From NCBI GenBank assembly GCA_026392045.1, contig JAPLCU010000018.1, forward strand, positions 5,417 to 69,416: DNA of 64,000 bases. Reading direction: 5' to 3'. Below the pieces are notes generated by a model. That model did not search any database and was not told the origin of the DNA. It saw nothing but the letters and a program-made list of their open reading frames with translations. The DNA comes from Armatimonadota bacterium. GTDB lineage: Bacteria > Armatimonadota > UBA5829. Shown here one piece after another: positions 60,709 to 64,000 of this stretch (its first letter is position 1; every line of letters begins with the position of its first letter). The translations under genes and the position numbers were made by a program.

Positions 60709-62448
60709 CTACTCTCTATACTTATTCGTGATCGGTAGTCTTCTATCTCTTCCAAAAGCCTTCGGGGTGATTTTGATGCCTGGCGCAGCTTGGCGGCGTT
60801 TGTATTCATTTCGGTCGATCATACGGACTATGCGGCGGACGGTTTCTTCATCGAAGCCGAGGGCAACGATTTCGCGCACGCTGCGGTCTTCCTGCACGTA
60901 GGCCTCTATGATTGGGTCAAGTATATCATACGGCGGCAGGGTGTCTTGGTCGGTTTGGTCGGGTTTCAGCTCGGCGGAGGGCGGGCGAGTGATGATGCTT
61001 TCAGGGATCACCGGGCTGATCGAATTGCGATAATTCGACAGCCTGTAGACAAGCGTTTTCGGCACATCTTTGATCACTGCAAAACCGCCCGCCATATCGC
61101 CGTAAAGGGTCGAGTATCCGCAGGCTATTTCGCTCTTATTTCCCGTGGTGAGGACCAGCGAGCCGAATTTGTTCGAGAGCGCCATCAGGAAGTTGCCGCG
61201 AATCCTTGCCTGTAGATTTTCCTCGGCCACCCCTGGCTCTGTCCCTTGAAAGACTTCGGCCAGCGATATGTTATACGCATCAAATACATCAGAAATCGGG
61301 ATGAAGCCGCAGCGAATTCCCAGATTTTTGGATATAACTTCGGCATCTGATTGCGTTGCTTCCGATGAATAAATGGACGGCATAATGAGCGCTCTGACGC
61401 GCTCGGCTCCGAGCGCGTCGCACGCAATGCATGCCGTGAGAGCGGAATCTATACCGCCGCTCATACCCAGAACCACTTCCTTGAAGCCGTTTTTCTCGAC
61501 ATAGTCCCGTGCGCCCGTTACCAGGGCTGCGTAAATCTCTTCAAGTTCACCTGGAGGCTCGGACGATATGGAAAGATCGCCTTTTTTGGCCGTGGTTTCT
61601 ACCGGATCGAGCTTTATCTGAGGAACTTCGACCATCCCAGCGATCTCCCGCCTGACCTTTCTTCGCCTCGGGTCAACAAGCCTCTGGTGGCCAACCAGCG
61701 AGAGGTCTACATCCACAATTGCGAGCTGCTCCTCAAATGCCTTGCATCGAAAGATCACGTCGCCCGTGGGGCTAAAAATCAGCGATTGACCGTCGAAAAC
61801 CAACTCGTCCTGGCCGCCGACCGCATTCACATACGCAATCGCGCAGGAGTTGTCGCTTGCGCGGGTTCCCAGCATGCGTTCGCGATAACGCCATTTGCCC
61901 GCATGGAACGGCGAGGCATTGATATCAATAATCAGCTCCGCGCCGCCCATAAGCGCCTGCATAGTGTGCGGCCCGGCAGCATACCATGCGTCTTCGCACA
62001 CTTCAACGCCGAAAGTCGTATGACCGAGAGTATAGACCTGCGCCTTGGTACCCGCCTGGAAGTAGCGGTTTTCATCAAAAACGCCATAATTCGGCAGGAA
62101 GAACTTGTGCTGCACCCCTACCATGCGGCCGTTGTGGAGAACCCCAGCGGCGTTGTAGATATCTTTATCGATATCCACGAAACCCACTATTGCAGTGATG
62201 CCGCTCGTCGCGGCGGCGATCTGGTTGATGGCATCCAGGTTAGATTCCACGAAGCCTTGTTTCAGGAGAAGGTCTTCGGGCGGATATCCGGTCACCGCCA
62301 GCTCTGGAAACGCGACAATATCAGCGCCCCGCTCTCTAGCGCTGGAAATACTCTCGATAATCTTTTTCGTATTCCCCTCGATATCCCCTACCGCAAGATT
62401 TAGCTGCGCCAGAGCCAGGCGCAGAGTATGCATAGACCGAATTCGCAC
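60709..62448 (-). CDS. nadE: Glutamine-dependent NAD+ synthetase
   Basis: Nitrilase domain (FPEL, LPNYGVFDE, VCED) plus SGGIDS, NLQARIRG, GNKSE, PSAEL. Confidence 0.96.
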   Translation of the reverse strand: MRIRSMHTLRLALAQLNLAVGDIEGNTKKIIESISSARERGADIVAFPELAVTGYPPEDLLLKQGFVESNLDAINQIAAATSGITAIVGFVDIDKDIYNAAGVLHNGRMVGVQHKFFLPNYGVFDENRYFQAGTKAQVYTLGHTTFGVEVCEDAWYAAGPHTMQALMGGAELIIDINASPFHAGKWRYRERMLGTRASDNSCAIAYVNAVGGQDELVFDGQSLIFSPTGDVIFRCKAFEEQLAIVDVDLSLVGHQRLVDPRRRKVRREIAGMVEVPQIKLDPVETTAKKGDLSISSEPPGELEEIYAALVTGARDYVEKNGFKEVVLGMSGGIDSALTACIACDALGAERVRALIMPSIYSSEATQSDAEVISKNLGIRCGFIPISDVFDAYNISLAEVFQGTEPGVAEENLQARIRGNFLMALSNKFGSLVLTTGNKSEIACGYSTLYGDMAGGFAVIKDVPKTLVYRLSNYRNSISPVIPESIITRPPSAELKPDQTDQDTLPPYDILDPIIEAYVQEDRSVREIVALGFDEETVRRIVRMIDRNEYKRRQAAPGIKITPKAFGRDRRLPITNKYRE

Positions 62449-62542
62449 AACATGCCTCCAAATATTACTTAAGTATCCAGAATGCCAAGCCGATAATATA
62501 AACAGGAACAGGTTAATAATTCACTCTAGGAAGGTGACAACC

Positions 62543-63028
62543 GTGCCACAAGTAAAAACAAGAAGCCAAGTCAAGACTAACAAAAGCGCTGCGGCAAGTC
62601 CGGTAATCCAAAGACCGAGCCATCTGGACGCATATGAACTCATTGCAAAAATGCTCGAGCACGAATCCGCCGCGCAACATGAAGGTATCGACCTTACATC
62701 GGGTCGATTCGAAATGCTCACCGCTTCGGAACAACAATATTACCGCGCCGAGCTCATTGCTGATTATATCAGACTCAGCGCAGGCAATATGGGCAACAGC
62801 CAGGGTTACTTCGACGCCTCTTTAAGCGTATTCTGCAGCAAGGTCTGCGATATGAAGATCCCTTCTCAAGAACTCATCGGCACTTATCTTGCGGCCGTTG
62901 ATATGGCTGACAAAGAAGAAAATTTACATGATGTTCTAGGCCTCAAGGATGCAATCAAACGCACAATGATATTCGTGTTGCAATCTTGCGTGGCCGAAAT
63001 GGCGCATCGTGCGAAAATGGCCGCTTAA
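62543..63028 (+). CDS. Hypothetical protein
   Basis: GTG start after AGGAAGGTG; helical 161-aa ORF. Confidence 0.6.
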   Translation: MPQVKTRSQVKTNKSAAASPVIQRPSHLDAYELIAKMLEHESAAQHEGIDLTSGRFEMLTASEQQYYRAELIADYIRLSAGNMGNSQGYFDASLSVFCSKVCDMKIPSQELIGTYLAAVDMADKEENLHDVLGLKDAIKRTMIFVLQSCVAEMAHRAKMAA

Positions 63029-63100
63029 GAGTTATCTGTCATAATAAGTAGAAGTAAGTGTCGATGGTCACTTACGTCTTTGGTGACATAGCGCTAACCT

Positions 63101-63676
63101 CTATAGCGCCGGAATGAGCACAATAATCTGCTGTTGTTGGGGCAGATTATCCTTTATTACTTCTATTTCTGACACATCCGCGATGTTAACATTAGCTTTG
63201 CCTCGCAAGAACTCGTCAACATCCGATATCGGAAAGAGACACTTCTCATTGCGATAATGCATGGGGATGATAATTTTCGCTCCCAACTGCTCTGCAACTT
63301 TCTGGGCCTGTTTGGCGTCGATAGTGTAATATCCGCCGACAGGCAGCATTATGACATCCACCGCCCCGATCTCCGTGTTCTTGCCACGCTCAGCGCCGTG
63401 AGCGGCATCGTGGAAAGTCTCAACTCCCAAAAATTCCACCTCATCAGCGCCAAACTTACCATTGCCTTTTATGATCATGGGGTTTCCGGGCAGCGTTGAG
63501 GTATCACCGTGGTCTCCATGCCCATGGCTGATGGTCACGATATCGACCATCTCTGTGATTTTGCCATAGAAAAGCTTATCTGGATATTGATCAGGATTAA
63601 ACGGATCAGTGAGAATTTTAGTTCCCGCAGCCGTGGTGATCAGAAATGACGCATGTCCCATAAATTTTATCTTCAT
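63101..63676 (-). CDS. Metallo-beta-lactamase-fold hydrolase, apparently with an internal deletion
   Basis: GHASF, TDPF, SHGHGDH, LPVGG, IIPMHY; the usual HLGD segment is absent. Confidence 0.8.
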   Translation of the reverse strand: MKIKFMGHASFLITTAAGTKILTDPFNPDQYPDKLFYGKITEMVDIVTISHGHGDHGDTSTLPGNPMIIKGNGKFGADEVEFLGVETFHDAAHGAERGKNTEIGAVDVIMLPVGGYYTIDAKQAQKVAEQLGAKIIIPMHYRNEKCLFPISDVDEFLRGKANVNIADVSEIEVIKDNLPQQQQIIVLIPAL

Positions 63677-64000
63677 ATCGGCTTCCTTGAGACAGATTTT
63701 TTTACAGACGCATTATAGGTCGGATTTCGGTCGGCAGTCAATAGGGCTGCCAAGGAAGGGAGGGAACAGGTTACAGGGAACAGGGAATAGAAGGGAAGGG
63801 AGGAGATGAAGGGAAGGGAGTAGGTATTTCGGGATTTGAGCGCAGCGGAAATCCCGAAACTCTTGTTCGGGGGGATTTGCAATCCCGCCCGTAAGTGGCC
63901 ATCTGGGATCTGTGATCCCCTGCCAACGAAACGCCGCAATAGACCAATAATCCTGTCGAATGATGGCTGGGGCAATGGCACAGCATAACCTGGTATAATT

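Overview
A ~52% GC bacterial chromosomal window. A PEP-CTERM protein, a Gram-positive-type LexA box and the gene content suggest Armatimonadota, but this is inference. Housekeeping content: dnaE, ftcD, lipA, dinB with an SOS box, a complete F1Fo ATP synthase operon, nuoABCD, PIN/TRAM-ispDF-hpf-fba-pfkB, an ftsB-like gene and nadE. Accessory content: sensor kinases, LamG proteins, a GH2 mannosidase, a type II R-M pair and an ATP-grasp/KamA/glutaredoxin cluster. I recognised no rRNA, tRNA, canonical CRISPR array or transposase. The most striking signal is non-coding. (i) Several families of short palindromic (REP/REPIN-like) mini-elements occur; some are flanked by 10-19 bp direct repeats, some are inserted in frame inside ispD and lipA, and several show tandem 'stutter' copies of one arm. 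(ii) A three-unit 143-bp array has fixed-length hypervariable segments, and each unit also reads as a 38-aa micro-ORF. (iii) Degenerate 7/8-mer tandem tracts sit at the junctions where small antitoxin-like and membrane genes interrupt the atp and nuo operons. All product calls come from motif recognition by eye; no database search was run.
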